From assembly GCA_026770705.1 (NCBI GenBank), contig JANJGN010000026.1, positions 35,216,001-35,280,000 of the forward strand: 64,000 nucleotides of DNA, given 5' to 3'. The position numbers and the translations under genes were made by a program. Below, piece after piece: positions 23,500-36,656 of this stretch (positions are counted from its first letter, which is position 1; each line of letters begins with the position of its first letter). The notes beneath the pieces were generated by a model. It did not search any database and was not told where the DNA came from. It saw only the letters and a program-made list of their open reading frames with translations. The stretch is from Isurus oxyrinchus (Eukaryota).

Positions 23500-24165
23500 A
23501 ATAAAAATACCTGGTAAAAATCAGCAGGTCTGACAGCATCTGCGGAGAGGAACCCAGTTAACATTTTGAGTCTGTATGACTCTTCAACAGAACTAAGGAA
23601 AAATAAAAGAGAGGTGAAATATAAGCTCGTTTAATGGGGGGCGGGGGGGTGTGGTGGTGGGGGGTGCGGTGGTGGAGACAAGTAGAGCTGGATAGAGGGC
23701 CAGTGATAGGTGGAGATTTCCAGAATATGTCATAGACAGAAGGCCACAGAGATGTTGACGGTGGTGATATTAGATAAGAAATGTGCTAATAGGTGACATT
23801 AAGGGTAGAAAGCAGGACGAGCAAGGTACAGATAGCCCTTGTGGGGTTGGGGTGGGGGGAACGGATCGAAATAGAGATAAAACTATGGATGGAAATACAT
23901 TCAAAAGTAATGGAAATAAGCGGGAAAAGAAAAATCTATATAAATTATTGGAAAAAAGGGGGGTCGGAAAGGGGGTGGGGATGGAGAAGACTGTTCATGA
24001 TCTAAAATTGTTGAACTCAATATTCAGTCCGGAAGGCTGTAAAGTGCCTAGTCAGAAGATGAGGTGCTGTTCCTCCAGTTTGCGTTGAGCGTCACTGGAA
24101 CATTGCAGCAGGCCAAGGATGGACATGTGGGCATGAGAGGTTGGACATGCATTTCAACACTCCAC
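23500..24165 (-). mobile_element. Penelope-like element fragment
   Basis: Reverse complement of the GIY-YIG 3' region (gaggaacagcacctcatcttc) and terminal sequence, also seen at 58400-59250. Confidence 0.75.
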
Positions 24166-24169
24166 CCTG

Positions 24170-24380
24170 TACCGACGATGCTGATTCCTTATGCTGGTAC
24201 CGGCAGTACCCAGGCAGACAGCCCGAATTTGCAGTCCGGAGGCTCACGGGTGGCGGTTCAGTATTTAAGGCGGATTTCGCTCAGAGCCGGTTTTCTAATA
24301 TAGTCCAGCAGTCGTATCGATTGACGATCTTGGAGTTGTGGCTGTCTGACACCGCGGTCTATTGCTGTGCACTGAGTCTC
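24170..24380 (+). pseudogene. 3' half of a TCR V, 5'-truncated by the Penelope insertion
   Basis: LCWYRQYPGRQPEFAVRR...KADFAQSRFSNIVQQSYRLTILELWLSDTAVYCCALS; no recognisable RSS. Confidence 0.85.
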
Positions 24381-25427
24381 AATTTCTGGAGCACAGCTGC
24401 TGTCTGTTGAGGGCTGTTTATAACAGCGGGTCAGACACTGACACGTCAATCCATTCTGTTCGAGCACAATCCATGGAATCACCATCTAAATCGCTCGCAT
24501 TGAATACTGATTCAGTCTGATTACTGTATTAAATGTGGGGGGCAGAATCCTATTGCTTATTTGGGAATGTCTGAGAGCTCGCCATATCCATTGAGAATAC
24601 AAACACATGAAAGTGGCCTGCGCCGATTTATATCAGTGCACTGCTGTTCATGAAACAACTGATGGCAAAGGAACAAATGTTTCTTTTGTGTTGAAATAGC
24701 CAGTAGTGAGACATAAGGCCACTAGGTGAGGAGAATCCGAATAAATATAATGACCTGATTAAATATCTCTCGATATTAGTTGTTTCCATATATTGAAATT
24801 AAGAACCTATAAAATAAACAGGCACAAAGAGGTTATTTTCAAGACATGATTAGAAGCTGATGAACAATGATTACTAGATTGTATAATCCACAAGGACAGG
24901 CTGCTGTGTTCTAGGCACCGGAACAGATGACCAGGTAACCGACTGAATACTAAAGTTTTTTTTAAGTATCAGAAAGTTTGAGCACTGAAAGCGCTTTGGG
25001 AAATCTGAACACACCAGGTAAGGCTTTATGAAAATGCAAAGCCTTTGTCCTTTTTTGCTGCGCGTCCCTTCAGTGATATATAACTGATGCAGCATTTGTG
25101 TTGTGTGTACCCTCTGTAACGGCTGGAACATAAGCTCAACTATTTTGCTCAGCATTTCTGCCGTTTATTCTTTAATTTACAAAAATAGGATGACTTTTCT
25201 GAACACATTTTACATTATGCTCAGGATGTATTCGATCTAAATGGAAAAATTCAAAATGCTGCACCTGTTGCTATCGGCTTGTTACTTATTTGGATTTACT
25301 TTAAATGAGCACATTCCGGTTATATGCTTTGAAAGTCTTTGTTCCTCCCCACTCTACCCGCCATTCCGTTCAACGGGTCACGTTTCTGCAGTGTTCCTCT
25401 ACGAGGAAGGCTCCCTCTGGTTCCTGT

Positions 25428-25934
25428 CACTGTGTCTCTCAGCCCGCAGTAATACACCGCGCTGTCAGGCAGCCGCAGGTCACGGATGGCGAAATTCTCC
25501 TCACTTCTGGAAGTGTCGAGAGATGCGGATAATCGAGCCCTCGCGCCCTCTGCAGTGAAAACAACCCCAGCGGAAGGGTTACAGGTCAATATTGTGGGGG
25601 CTTTTTCGCCTTCCTGATGGCACAGTTGCAAGAAGCAGAAACCAATCGTGCTCGAATAGCTGAAATTAATGGTCAGCGATTCTCCTTCAAACTGTGCCCC
25701 TGCAACCGGCTCCTGTAACACCGAGTCTGCAGAAAATTCAAAGTACAGAACTTCAACTTCTTATTATCACTGTTACGATCAGGGTTATCATGTTAACGGA
25801 GCCCTTTACAAATAAAGGGAAACATAGTTAAAAGGAAGATCACTGTGCCAGTATAACCTGCAAAATGAAAATTGCGTAACTTTGCAATTTACCAGTTAAG
25901 AGAATGGCAGCTGTGAAGAATGAACAGACAACAT
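25428..25934 (-). pseudogene. TCR V pseudogene, inverted paralog of 16396
   Basis: Leader is frameshifted (atg...taa). The V exon DSVLQEP..QFEGESLTINFSY..LQLCHQ..KAPTIL...IRDLRLPDSAVYYCGLRD is open. Heptamer CACAGTG at 25434-25428, nonamer lost. Confidence 0.85.
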
Positions 25935-27089
25935 GTTTGCAGAGCCGATGGCGGATTTGAATAGATTGATTCCAACCAGAATTGTTTTAGTGAAGAGTTA
26001 AGAAGATGTTGAGTAATATCCGGCCCCACGCCCGATTGGTTTATTCCTGACTGAGCTCACAGCTCTTTGTCCTTCAATTCACCCAATCAGCTCACAGTTC
26101 CTTCAATTCGTGACGCCAGAGAGTTCCAAATAAGCAGAGAGAGCATCAGAACATATGAAACAGGAGCTGGAGTCGGGCACTCGGTCTCTCGACCCTGCAG
26201 CACCAGCTATCTCTAATCTACCTATCTAACTCTCATCTACGTTCTTGCACTGTCCCCAGATCCCTTGTTTCCCTTCATACCCATAGATCTAGCAACCTCA
26301 GTCTAACATCAACTCAGCGACTACGCTCTGGAGTAGAGAATAATGAAAACTGCATTGAAGCCGATTTAGTTTCTTTAAGTGGGTCAATCTTTGATGCGGA
26401 ACGATGATGGGTAATATTTAAAGTTGTTCTCTGACCAGTGTTCGAGTCTCCCGTTAAAAAAGCTTCTCGATGACCATGAAAAATACTCAGCCGATAGAAA
26501 GAGGGATCTTACATAGAATTCCGCACATTCTGCACCCCGCCAACACCACCCCATATCCCGCCCCCCCAATACCACCTTTTTCTCCCTCTCTCTTCCTCTT
26601 TCTCCTCTAGCTTTGTCTACTTGTTTCCCTCTTTTTCTCTCGATATCACTTTCTGCCTATTTTACTCTCTCTTTTCTCTCTGTGGGACTATTCGCTCCTG
26701 TTTTTCATTAAGTTGAAAAGTGAAGTAATTCTTGGAGGTAATGTGGCCCATTAATCACATATCCAGAATTAGCACAAAAGTAAGAAAGTTACTGACCTAA
26801 TTCAACTGTATTTGGGTTGAAAATTCTTCATCAAATGTCCCAGTAGAGCCCTGCTGTGTCCAGGCGAAGCCTCGCACACGGCATTGGAAAACGTATGGTG
26901 GCACAGACCCACACAGTGGACACGCGCAGAGATTAGCACACAGAGAAATACATAAAAGCACTTGCAGGTGCACACACAGACATGTAAAATCAAACACGTA
27001 CTCTGAAGTGCATCAACTCAAGCACGCACGCACAGGCACACGAGGACAAGGAGAAGCATACATACACAGAGAGATATATGTCTATAGAG

Positions 27090-27315
27090 AGATCAATTAA
27101 AAATCAAACTGTCTCTCAGATGAATTAGAGAGAAAACTGTCTCCCATGATAGATTAAAGATTAAACTGTCTCTCAGATCCATTAAAGATTAAACTCTTTT
27201 CCGCCTTTTTGTGCTAATTCTAGACATATGATTAATGTGCCACATCACCTCCAGGAAGTACTTCACTTTTCAACTTAAGTCTCTCAGATCGATTAAAGAT
27301 CAAACTGTCTCTGAC
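27090..27315. repeat. ~28-bp tandem repeat interrupted by an ~80-bp insert
   Basis: Units gatc.attaaagat.aaactgtctctca; the insert at 27197-27277 is an inverted copy of 26710-26790. Confidence 0.7.
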
Positions 27316-28420
27316 AAATTCCGGCCTGAGAAGAGGAACAAACGGAAGCTATGGCCGAGGATACAGGAGATTGAAGACTGATCAAAGTGCGCGGCGATGA
27401 ACAGCTGCAGCCGGAAGTGTTGGAGCGGAAATAGCGACGGTTGAAGCTCCAGGAGACCGTGAGCATCCTGCACCTGTTCACTCATCAAGTGACTGAGAAT
27501 AAATAGTGCGCGATGGGCAGGAAGGGAGCAGAAGCATTGTAAGTTAGGGGATGGAATGAGGACCGTATTTGTGTCTATTTGAAAGACCGATCCCAATCGC
27601 CTTTCAGAGCCTGCATTTTCCACGTTGTTTTCCTTTTCCAAATTATGACAATTCCGCATTGAAATTTATGATTGAAACCCCTTTCTCCAACATTTCAAGC
27701 ATCGTATTCAAGATGGTAACATATACAATGTAATAAATAAAACAAATCTTTCCCTCAAATCTTTTCATGAAATCGAGGTGATTTGGTTATTGAATCTTCT
27801 GACAATGGAAGAAATTGAGTTCTACTCTGAATAAAGGACAATTTTTGGCACATCAATTGAATCTCTCTTCTACCTTCTTTGTTGCGAGGATAAGAATCCA
27901 GGTTTGCCTAGTCTGTTCGCATAAACGTCCACATATCTGGGGCCATTCTGATGTGAAGCGTCCGCACTTTCTCCAAAATCTTGACATTCCTTCTACTTCG
28001 TAGTGCTCAGGCTTTGGACAGAGAACTCCAGCAATCATTTCTACAGATTTAACATCACGCCCGACCTAAACATCAGCAGCCGCAATGACTGTCTGAACAG
28101 CTCCAATTCAGATTCCTGGGGAGCATTCGTTTCTTGATATGTATTTCAATAAACCCTGAGTCCATTCAACGGCCGCATCCGAACACTGATTTAACCGAAA
28201 TCACCAGCGGAGGGTGCCAAATTCAAGCATGGGTGTCACTAAGTCACGTGGTGGAAACGGCAAAACCAATAGGGATGGTTTCCTGAGTGAGGTCACAATG
28301 GGCCTTGCCCCCCCGCAGTGTGCGGGAGGAACAATGAGCTGGGCAGAGCCCGGGTTCCCTCTCTCCTTCTCCGTCTCTCGCTCATTCCATTCACATTCGC
28401 TGAGAGAGATTCAGTCTGAC

Positions 28421-28956
28421 ATGTTGCTGATAATACTGACGGCGCTGTTCGACAGTAAGTACTGGATTAAGTTGATCAAGGCAGATCGGTAGATTAGTGT
28501 ACAGAGATTGCGATAGTTTTTAGTAGAATTCACGATCAGAAATATCCATAGTATGGATAACTAGGTAGATAGGAGGTTCTGCAAACCCAAACAGCTACAA
28601 ACAAATTGAGATCAACACTGTTTAACCGCTTGATATTTCATTCCTCTACCTCACAGGCGGACGATGCGCACATCCAGTAACTCAGTCCCCGGTCGCACTA
28701 ACGGTGTCGGAAGGGGGTTTGGTGCAATTAGATTGTGAATATACAGATCGGAATCTAAACTACATGCAATGGTATCGGCAGCAGACGGCACAGCCACCAA
28801 GATGGATTATTACCAATGTCTTAGCACTGAAGAAAAATTAAATTTCAGGACGGTATCTGGCGGCTGCTGACATGTCTCAAAAGAACGGTTACCTCAACAT
28901 AAGCGAACTGAGTGTGGAGGACGGGGCGGTGTATTACTCTGCAATGAGGCACAGCG
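28421..28956 (+). pseudogene. TCR V pseudogene (leader 28421-28454, V exon from 28657)
   Basis: MLLIILTALFD|gtaagt; HPVTQSPVALTVSEGGLVQLDCEY..MQWYRQQ..PPRWII...KN*ISGRY...LSVEDGAVYYSAMR. One stop, C104 to S; heptamer cacagcg at 28950-56, no good nonamer. Confidence 0.9.
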
Positions 28957-29154
28957 TTAGATCACAGCTAGAACCCCATACCTCAGCGAGAACTTACAGC
29001 TTCGATAAGCTTTCTTATGTGCTTTTGTGAATGGGAAGGGTTTCATCCTGGGTTCCTGAAAAGCAAAACAGACAGGTCTATTTACCGCAGTTTTATTGCT
29101 CTTTTTGTCCTTGTCTAAATCCACAGAGAGACAGTTTTGGGGGGAAAAATGTTT

Positions 29155-29480
29155 GTTCTTTCATGGGATATGGCCGTTACTGGCTAGGCCAGCATTTGTT
29201 GCCCATCCCCAAATTGCCCTTGTTCAGTGGATATTTTAGAGTTAACCACATTGCTGTGGGCCTGGAGCCACATGTAGGCCAGGCCAGGTAAGGAAGACAG
29301 ATTTCCCTCCCTAAAGTACAACAGTGAACCAAATGGGTTTTTATAACAACCGTTTTATGGTCATCATTATACTTTTAAATTGAATTTAAATTCCACTAAA
29401 GCGGGATTCGAACCGGAGCCCCCAAAGCGTTAGCCCGGATTCTTAAAGCACTATTGTAAGGATAATACCAGTACACCATC
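29155..29480 (-). mobile_element. tRNA-derived SINE with LINE-derived tail
   Basis: Matches 21795-22060; B-box-like gggattcgaacc near 29403. Confidence 0.75.
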
Positions 29481-29749
29481 GTGTCCAAGCAAGCCAAGCT
29501 ATTTCCATGCAGCTATTTGTAGCGTAACCAGTTCCGAACTTACTCGGAATATCGATTTGCCAACAGAGGTAATGAAATCTCTCAGAAGTGGAGTTCCTAT
29601 AGCTGATAATTATGGGCTATTCTTACAGAACCGTTAACTCAGGTGGACCCAGGGTGGATAGGTGGTTGGGTGGACTGATCAGTTTATTCTACCTTTTTCC
29701 ACAAGCACTACATTTAGTTTTCCTTGTATATATCATTATATTAGTTTCA

Positions 29750-30050
29750 TTCTTGTTTTGGAAGCTACTCCTTGTCACTGGGAAACAAATGCTGGTATTG
29801 GTTTATCGGAACGCAAGGACATTCATTTTGCTTCACCATAACTCTACTTTCGCTGCAAATGAACTTACATTCTTGCACCGCCAATTCTCTAATTGCGCCC
29901 CCAGAGCATCTCTTCTCCATATTCAGTGATGAAAGAGTTGAATGAAGATTTAAAGTATCTGTGGACCATGTGAAAGGCTCTACCACTCTTACCGTTCACT
30001 CGGTTAAGTTCTCAGTTGCTACGGTGTAGAACAGTGCAGTGAAACACTTG
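29750..30050 (+). pseudogene. Highly degenerate TCR V, paralog of 9840-10080
   Basis: LHRQFSNCAP..LFSIF..RFKVSVDHVKGSTTLTVHSV; shares the acceptor region cttgttttgg.ag and the 3' flank catggggactg.ggagacaa. Confidence 0.55.
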
Positions 30051-30249
30051 GAGGTACGGAGGGGAGGAGACTGTGCTAGAACTCATTCGACATGGGGACT
30101 GGGGAGACAATCGGGACATGGGCTTAAGAAGCGGGAGTGATTCTGCAAAAAAAAAACTGTTCATCATCCGAGTAACTGAATAAAAATATTTTTTTTATTA
30201 TTTCATAATAATACAGCATACAGATTAACGACCTCTATAAAAATAAATC

Positions 30250-30545
30250 ACGCATGGAAAGGATCTTTCCTCTTGTGGGAAAAGCTAGAACTAGGGGTCA
30301 CTGTTTAAAAATAAGGGGTCTCCTATTTAAATCAGAGATGAGAGGAAAATTTTCTCTCAGAAAGAGTAAGTGTTTGGAACCCCCTTCCTCAAAGGGCAGG
30401 GGAAACAGGGTCTTTGAATCTTTTCAAGGAGAGGGTGATCAATTTTTGATAAACAATGGAGTGGAAGGTAACCGGGGTTAGGTGAGAGTTTACAATCAAA
30501 TCAGACATGACCTTATTGGACGGCGGGGTATTTGTATGCTCATAT
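30250..30545 (+). mobile_element. CR1 3' fragment
   Basis: MERIFPLVGKARTRGHCLKIRG..FKSEMR. Confidence 0.8.
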
Positions 30546-32009
30546 ATATCTGGCATCCTGAAATTTGATTGACATCGTTCTTTGATGATTATGGTGTTTG
30601 CAAGCATTACATTCTTCTGAAATGATCGATCACAACCTCATCAGTTACGGATTTATGAATTTATGAACAAGATGCCCCCCTATCTATGCAAATGAACAGG
30701 TACTGTCCGAATGACGTGGGCACGTCAGAAAATTGAGTCAAATAGTCTAGGAATGAATATTAATTAGTAACGGTAGTATACGCAAAACATCGAAAAGATA
30801 GCACTTCCAGTAATAGTAAAACTAAAGCTACAAGAACCATAATCACGTGGCAGAATAGTGATCCAGCAATATCATTCAGCAATATTCGAGAATAAATTGA
30901 GAGTCGTTGTTTTACAGGCAGGATCCCACTACATGGCGCTCCAGGACCTTATCTTTGCAGAAAACGTAGCAAGCCGTCAGTTCACGGCTCTGACACGTGA
31001 CAGTTGGGGAATACTGGAAATATTTTGGCGTTGTGAGATGTTACTGTAAACAATAGTGTATATAGGTTAAGAATCGATAGGTGAATTACAGAAGATACTT
31101 AGAGGTTGAGGCCTATAAATCATTATATTTTTTGGTCCAATATAACTGCATAGTCCGAAGTAAAAGGTTATCGCATTGAGAGAGAGAAAGAGATAGTGAG
31201 AAAAAGAGAGAGATAGAGGGAGCCAGAGAGATAGAGGGCGGGACAGAGAGACAGAGACAAAGAGACAGAGAGAGAGAGATATAGGGAGGGAGAGACCAGT
31301 TCATCTTTTCGTGACCGAATATTTTGGTCACTATTGGTCACAACTTCAAAATATCAGGAAAATACCGGAACACTCAAATCCCTTCACTCCACTATAAGAG
31401 TCAGAGAGACAACCCTTTCTGGCAGAGAATCAAAGATTCCCACTGCCCACTGTGTAAATAATATTACTAACATCAGAACAGCGGCTACACTGGAAAGGTA
31501 CTTCGTCCGGTTGGGAAGTGCTTACTGACATCCTGCATCTGTAAGAGGCTATTTCTCTTTTCGTGTGATATTTGATTCCAGGGTTAAAATGTAATGGCTC
31601 CCTGCTTCCAGGGGGCCAGTAAAGTTTATTTCTTTAAATTTCCTTCTCTTCATTTCAATCCTTTTTTATGGGTTATGCTGTTGAGGGGTCCCCACGTCCT
31701 GGGATTACCAGGATTCTGTCTCCAGTCTGTTCAGAGATTCTGTCCGCTCACGGGGCATGCGTAATCTGTCGGAAACAACAATCCGAGAATTTACTGAGGA
31801 GACCCTGACGGAAACTGACTTCCCGTGCAGGAGGGCCTGTGATCGAGTCGCCGAGAGGTCACTGCACCCCATATGTTAGTCATCAGCCTGATCACCACTA
31901 TAAACGATTTGTATTCATTTCCTTGAAAGTGTGTATATAAACTATATACATTTGCAGAAAGGTGCACATGCATAACAATACAAAGGCCCTTCCGCCAACA
32001 CTACTTGTC

Positions 32010-32800
32010 AGCCGAGGCTCAGTTACCCACCCTACCGCTTCTGGACAAGAAGCTTCAGGAGACATGTCCCCCAGAATCTATAACGACTCATCACTTCAGT
32101 CCTCAGGGAAATATGCACAGTCAGAGGCGCCGGCTTTCGGATGAGTAGCCCACTATTTTGAAGCAGAGAAGGGAAATTGGCCTGGACAATATTTCTCCAC
32201 CAATCACTGTCACTGAAATGGTCGTTGTTGTTGAAGGTCAGTCATCTCAGTTCAAGGACATCACTGCAAGAGTTCCTGTGTAGTGTCCTAGGCCCAACCA
32301 CCTTCAGCTGTTTCATCAGTGACCTTCCTTCCATCATAAAGCCAGAAGTGGGGATATTTTGCGGATAATTGCACAACGTTCAGCACCATTCGCGACTCCT
32401 CAGATACTGAAGCAGCCCATGTCCAAATGCAGCAAGATCTAAAACTTGGGATGAGAAGGGGCAGATAACATTCAAGCAACACAAGTGCCAGGCAATGAAA
32501 ATATTCAACAAGAGAGAATCTAACCATGGCCGTTTGACATTCAGTTGCACTACCATCACTAAATCCCCTGATATTCTTTGACTCCTTTGTCAGTCAATAT
32601 CTATTTAACACAGCTTTACTAATATTCAATAACCCTGCCTCCACCACTCTCTGGGGCAGAGGCTACCCAGACCCTTGAACTGCTGAGCGACAAAAATTCT
32701 CCTCAACTTAAATTGGAGATCCCTTATTTTTAAACTCTGTCCCCTAGTTCTAGTCTCCCTCAAAAGGGGGAACATATTTTCCACATCCACCCTGTGGATA
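32010..32800. mobile_element. Nested repeat fragments: SINE (32010-32215 +), LINE RT (32215-32570 +), CR1 3' (32575-32800 -)
   Basis: SVLGPTTFSCFISDLPSII RT motif; VDVENMFPL..TRTRGQSLKIR on the minus strand. Confidence 0.7.
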
Positions 32801-33984
32801 TAAGACATAGCGTGCTCGTCTGTGCGAAGCACATCATTATTCATGTTTACTAATGCATGCCCCTGGTTATATTGAACTAAACGCTGTCTCATTTATTACT
32901 ACAAACGGATATGCCTTTGTTTAATTTACACACGATCATGCTTCCATTGTTATTGTCCTTGAGCACGGTTTTATTTACATAACGGAAGTCCCGGCCTCAA
33001 TTATCAATGCAATGCACCGTGCCTTTGTTCATATTATATTACTTGCTGGCCCTAGTATTAATCAACTACACATTGCCTCCATCGCATTAAAGCACATCTC
33101 CTATTGTCAAATTAAATACTACCCCAGTGATTACGTCATGACACCTTTTATCTTTATTCATATTACATTTGAAACCGTTTTTCATTCTATCATACCAGAC
33201 CTTCCCTGTCGCTGCTCATATTACACTGGACCATGTTAACATACGCACTAGAAGCAGGAATAGGCCACTCGGCCCCTCGAGTTCGTTCCACCATTCAATA
33301 AGGTCATGACTGATTTTACTGTAACCTCGGCCTGAGTTTCCTGCCAATCCCCGATAACCTCTCGCCCCCAGAGCCACCGTGAAGTACTTTTCGGTTGGCC
33401 TGACGTCGCGAAAAGCGCAGTTTACACCCACACAGCATCGGGTGAAGCCAATCGACAACTGCGTTTTGCCGGGTTTCTGAAAGAACTATTCAGTTAGCAG
33501 GAGAGGCGCCTCCAGTCGGCGAACTAGGTGATGGCCTCGGACTACAATGTCTGGAGGGACGAGTGGTAGGGAATAGGAGTGCGGGGGCAAAAAAAAACTG
33601 CCAATTAAAAAATGAGCTGAAAGCCGGCCGTGATTGTATTGATGAGTAAATTGCAAATTTGTTTCGACTTTCCAACAGATGACGTTATGAAAGGAATGGA
33701 TTGAATCCATAACTCTAGCTGTATTTTCCTTTAGAATTAGTAGATAACTAGCAGTTCCTTACACTCCTCTGCTTTTTTCACCAAGTCCCCCTTTTCCAGC
33801 ATTTATCCAATTCCCATTTGGAATTTATTGTTTAGTCTGGGTCCAGCTTCCTTTCGGACAGCACATTCGGGATCAAAACTCAAAAATGACTTCTCATGTT
33901 ATCAAATACTTTATTTTAAGTATCAGGGCTAAACTTAGAGATCGAGTCTCTGCAGTGTGGAGTTGGTGCTGAGAAAGAATGAAT

Positions 33985-34430
33985 GAAAGAAGGAAAAACA
34001 ATCAGGTATTTACAGAGCGTCCTTTCCGGCCTCCGGGAGCCCAAATGGCTTTACAGCCAATTAGAAATTTCCTGTTGCTTTGCAGGAAACGTGGCAGCAA
34101 AAGGTAGGCAGAGCAAGATTCCACAAAACGTAATGAGAAAAAACGAGCACAAAACTGTCTTCAGTGGTGTTAAATGAAGGATAAATAATGGCCAAGGTCA
34201 CTGGGGAGAATTCTTTGCTGTTTTCTTAAATCTTTGAATAGAGACATTTCGCAATCCACCTGAGAGCGTAGCCAGAGTCCATCGTTCAGCGTCTCATCCA
34301 GAAAGTCAGCATGTACAATCGCTCAGGATTCCTTCAGTGTAGATAACAGCAGACTGTTGGCGCTGCACTATGAGTTTTATATGCCTCCAATGTGGGAGCT
34401 TGAGCGGACAATTTATGGGTAAGGTGACAG
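33985..34430 (-). mobile_element. Deu-domain-type SINE
   Basis: Reverse complement has ggatgagacg, tgtggaatcttgc and ttggctgtaaagc, with a (tctt)n tail. Confidence 0.6.
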
Positions 34431-35949
34431 AAAGTTCTATGCACTGAGACACTCTGGTGGAAGAGAAACACCATGAAGGGGTTTTATTTTTTTTTTCACC
34501 AGTTAAGGATGAGAACTTACCTGTCTGTCCGGGGTATTTTCCGGGCAGAGGCGGAGGAAAACAAGCACAGAATTCCCTGGGGGTTTCAGCGGGACCTTTG
34601 AATGTGACAGTCTGCGCATACTCAGCCCAGTGATCGGCAGTTGGGAGCATTGCAGTCATCACCAAGGCGCCTGCGTGCTGGTGGTGGCTCACGAACACGA
34701 CTACGGGACCCCGGCATGGGTATAGGTGGTGGGGAAAAAAAGCCTGGTGGATATTAGCAAAAAATGGTAAAAAACGGGCACTATGATGAGAGTCACGTAT
34801 TTGGGTGAATATTAGGACATTGCGGATACCCTGTTGTGCTGGAATGTCAATAAGAATATCGAATATGTTTCTGTGAAATGCAGTCGACTAGTTCTGTGTG
34901 ACTTCCCGTCGGCCTTGCTTGTGTGCCGCACAGTCATCCATTTTTGTGCGGCCAGACGCTATCGGGAATTTCCCGTTTCTTCCGTTATTGACATTTCGAG
35001 GTCTGCCTGCAATATTGCACAGTCCCTTTCCCATCAACTCTGTCATGTCCTGGAGTCTTTACTCGCAGACTCTGTCACTGTTAATGATAATTCTGAATAT
35101 TACAGAACTGGAAACCAATCCTCACTGAATGGAAACATCATTTTAAATGCAAAACAGAGAAGGGAAGCATTTGTTTAAAAGAGAGAGGGGGGTTGTTTTT
35201 CGCGTATGTTGTATATATCTGCCTGGATGTTGTCAATGGGCTGTATCATATTGCAAGCTGATCCTCAGAGGCTGGACTGAGGGAAGCAGCGGCGCCTCAG
35301 GCTCTCTCCTTCAGATCAGGTACTCAACCCAGATCCCGTCAACCCCTTCAGGGTGTTAATGAATTCCCGGCAGTATTGCAATGAGTGGAAGTAAGACCAC
35401 ACAGTAAATACACATGGAACCACCTCCCAGCTCCTTACTACAGCGTGAAGGAGGGCAGCAGCACCTACTGACAGAATCATGCCCATCTCACACCGCCCTG
35501 TTCAACAGAGAAATGTGGAAGGGGATTTAACATCCAGCTCCAATGAAGCGAAAGATAGTCATAGGGTTCCCTCATTCAGCCTGAGAGTTATTCACGCAAC
35601 ACACAACCAGAGACCGTGGATCCTTGCGGCCCACCACTGATCTCGCGGATACTGCCCTCTGCAAATCAGCATTACCCCACATTAAGCAGGGCATCCCAAA
35701 CTGTGTGTCACGCGACACCCAGTGGGGTTACGAGGCCGAATTTGGGGATCGTGAGTTCCGAAGCAGCAACAGACTGAGTGCAACAGCTCCGCCCCTTTGA
35801 ACTCTCGTTTTATTTAAACGGCAGGCGTGGCCTAATTTTCGTGCCTAGAATCTTTCAGTCCAGCTCTGAGGTCCGGCCTCCCAGTGCAGTCCAGGGCTGC
35901 AGTCTCCAACTCCCCGTCATATAAACCCCCAGCTCCAGGCAGCAGAACG

Positions 35950-36453
35950 ATGGGAATCCACTTTGTTTTCACCCTGTGTGTCTGTTTACCCCGTGAGTAC
36001 CGATCACACAAACAGACATTATGTGGATTTCATATAAGGCTGCCCGAGTCCATCCCAATTACAGACAGGGGGTTTAACCCGGTTCTGTGATTCGGCTCTG
36101 ATGGTCCATGAAACTATCTCTGTTTAATTTCCAGGAGTTTTCAGTCAGCAGTGACACAAACCCCGGCAGCGGTGACCAGGAAGTAATGTCAGTCTCTCAC
36201 CATTACCTGTGTTTTCCACGCTGGTTATTGGGATATTGTCCAAACGGTGCTTTTCATCAGACAAACCCAGACCGGAGCAGAGCGGGAGCGGATCTCCAGC
36301 GGGGGGACATTGTTTGTGTCAATGGATAAAACAGAAAAGACATTTTCGTTGGAAATTTGGGATGTGAGAGTTGAAGGCACTGCCACTTATTACTGTAAAG
36401 CTCAGTACTACGTTACACAGCGACTGGCCTCGGCTTCCCGGGATACAAACATT
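35950..36453 (+). pseudogene. NAR-TCR (IgNAR-like) V segment pseudogene
   Basis: TATA near 35918; leader MGIHFVFTLCVCLP C|gtgagt (35950-35992); acceptor at 36134; frameshift, then VTQTPAAVTRK*CQSLTITCVF...FIRQTQTGAERERISSGG.LFVSMDKTEKTFSLEIWDVRVEGTATYYCKAQYY. It has the NAR-type short FR2-CDR2, YYCKA and an extra FR1 Cys. RSS cacagcg (36416), 22-bp spacer, acaaacatt. Confidence 0.85.
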
Positions 36454-36656
36454 CTCATGCAGATTATCACAAAAACAAGTAAAAAAGCGGAGTTAATTCT
36501 GCCGTTAAACGCCCAGAGTTCAGCCTCATACCGTCTGTCCCCCAGTCTAGTTTGTAGTGAGATTGGATTATTACCGTTAACAACTTGAGTTTTAAAACTA
36601 CGAAGCGTGTGTGGATGGTGAAGGCTTCCCCGGGGTTGGTGTCGGTGAAACAGTGG

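Noticed and set aside
27340-27490. Coding-looking purine-rich stretch (MAEDTGD*RLIKVRG...)
   Set aside because: Contains stops, no recognisable family and no clear splice context.
36580-36655. Possible NAR-TCR D segment with 12-RSS
   Set aside because: The position fits, but the heptamer and nonamer are too degenerate and the 3' side is cut by CR1.
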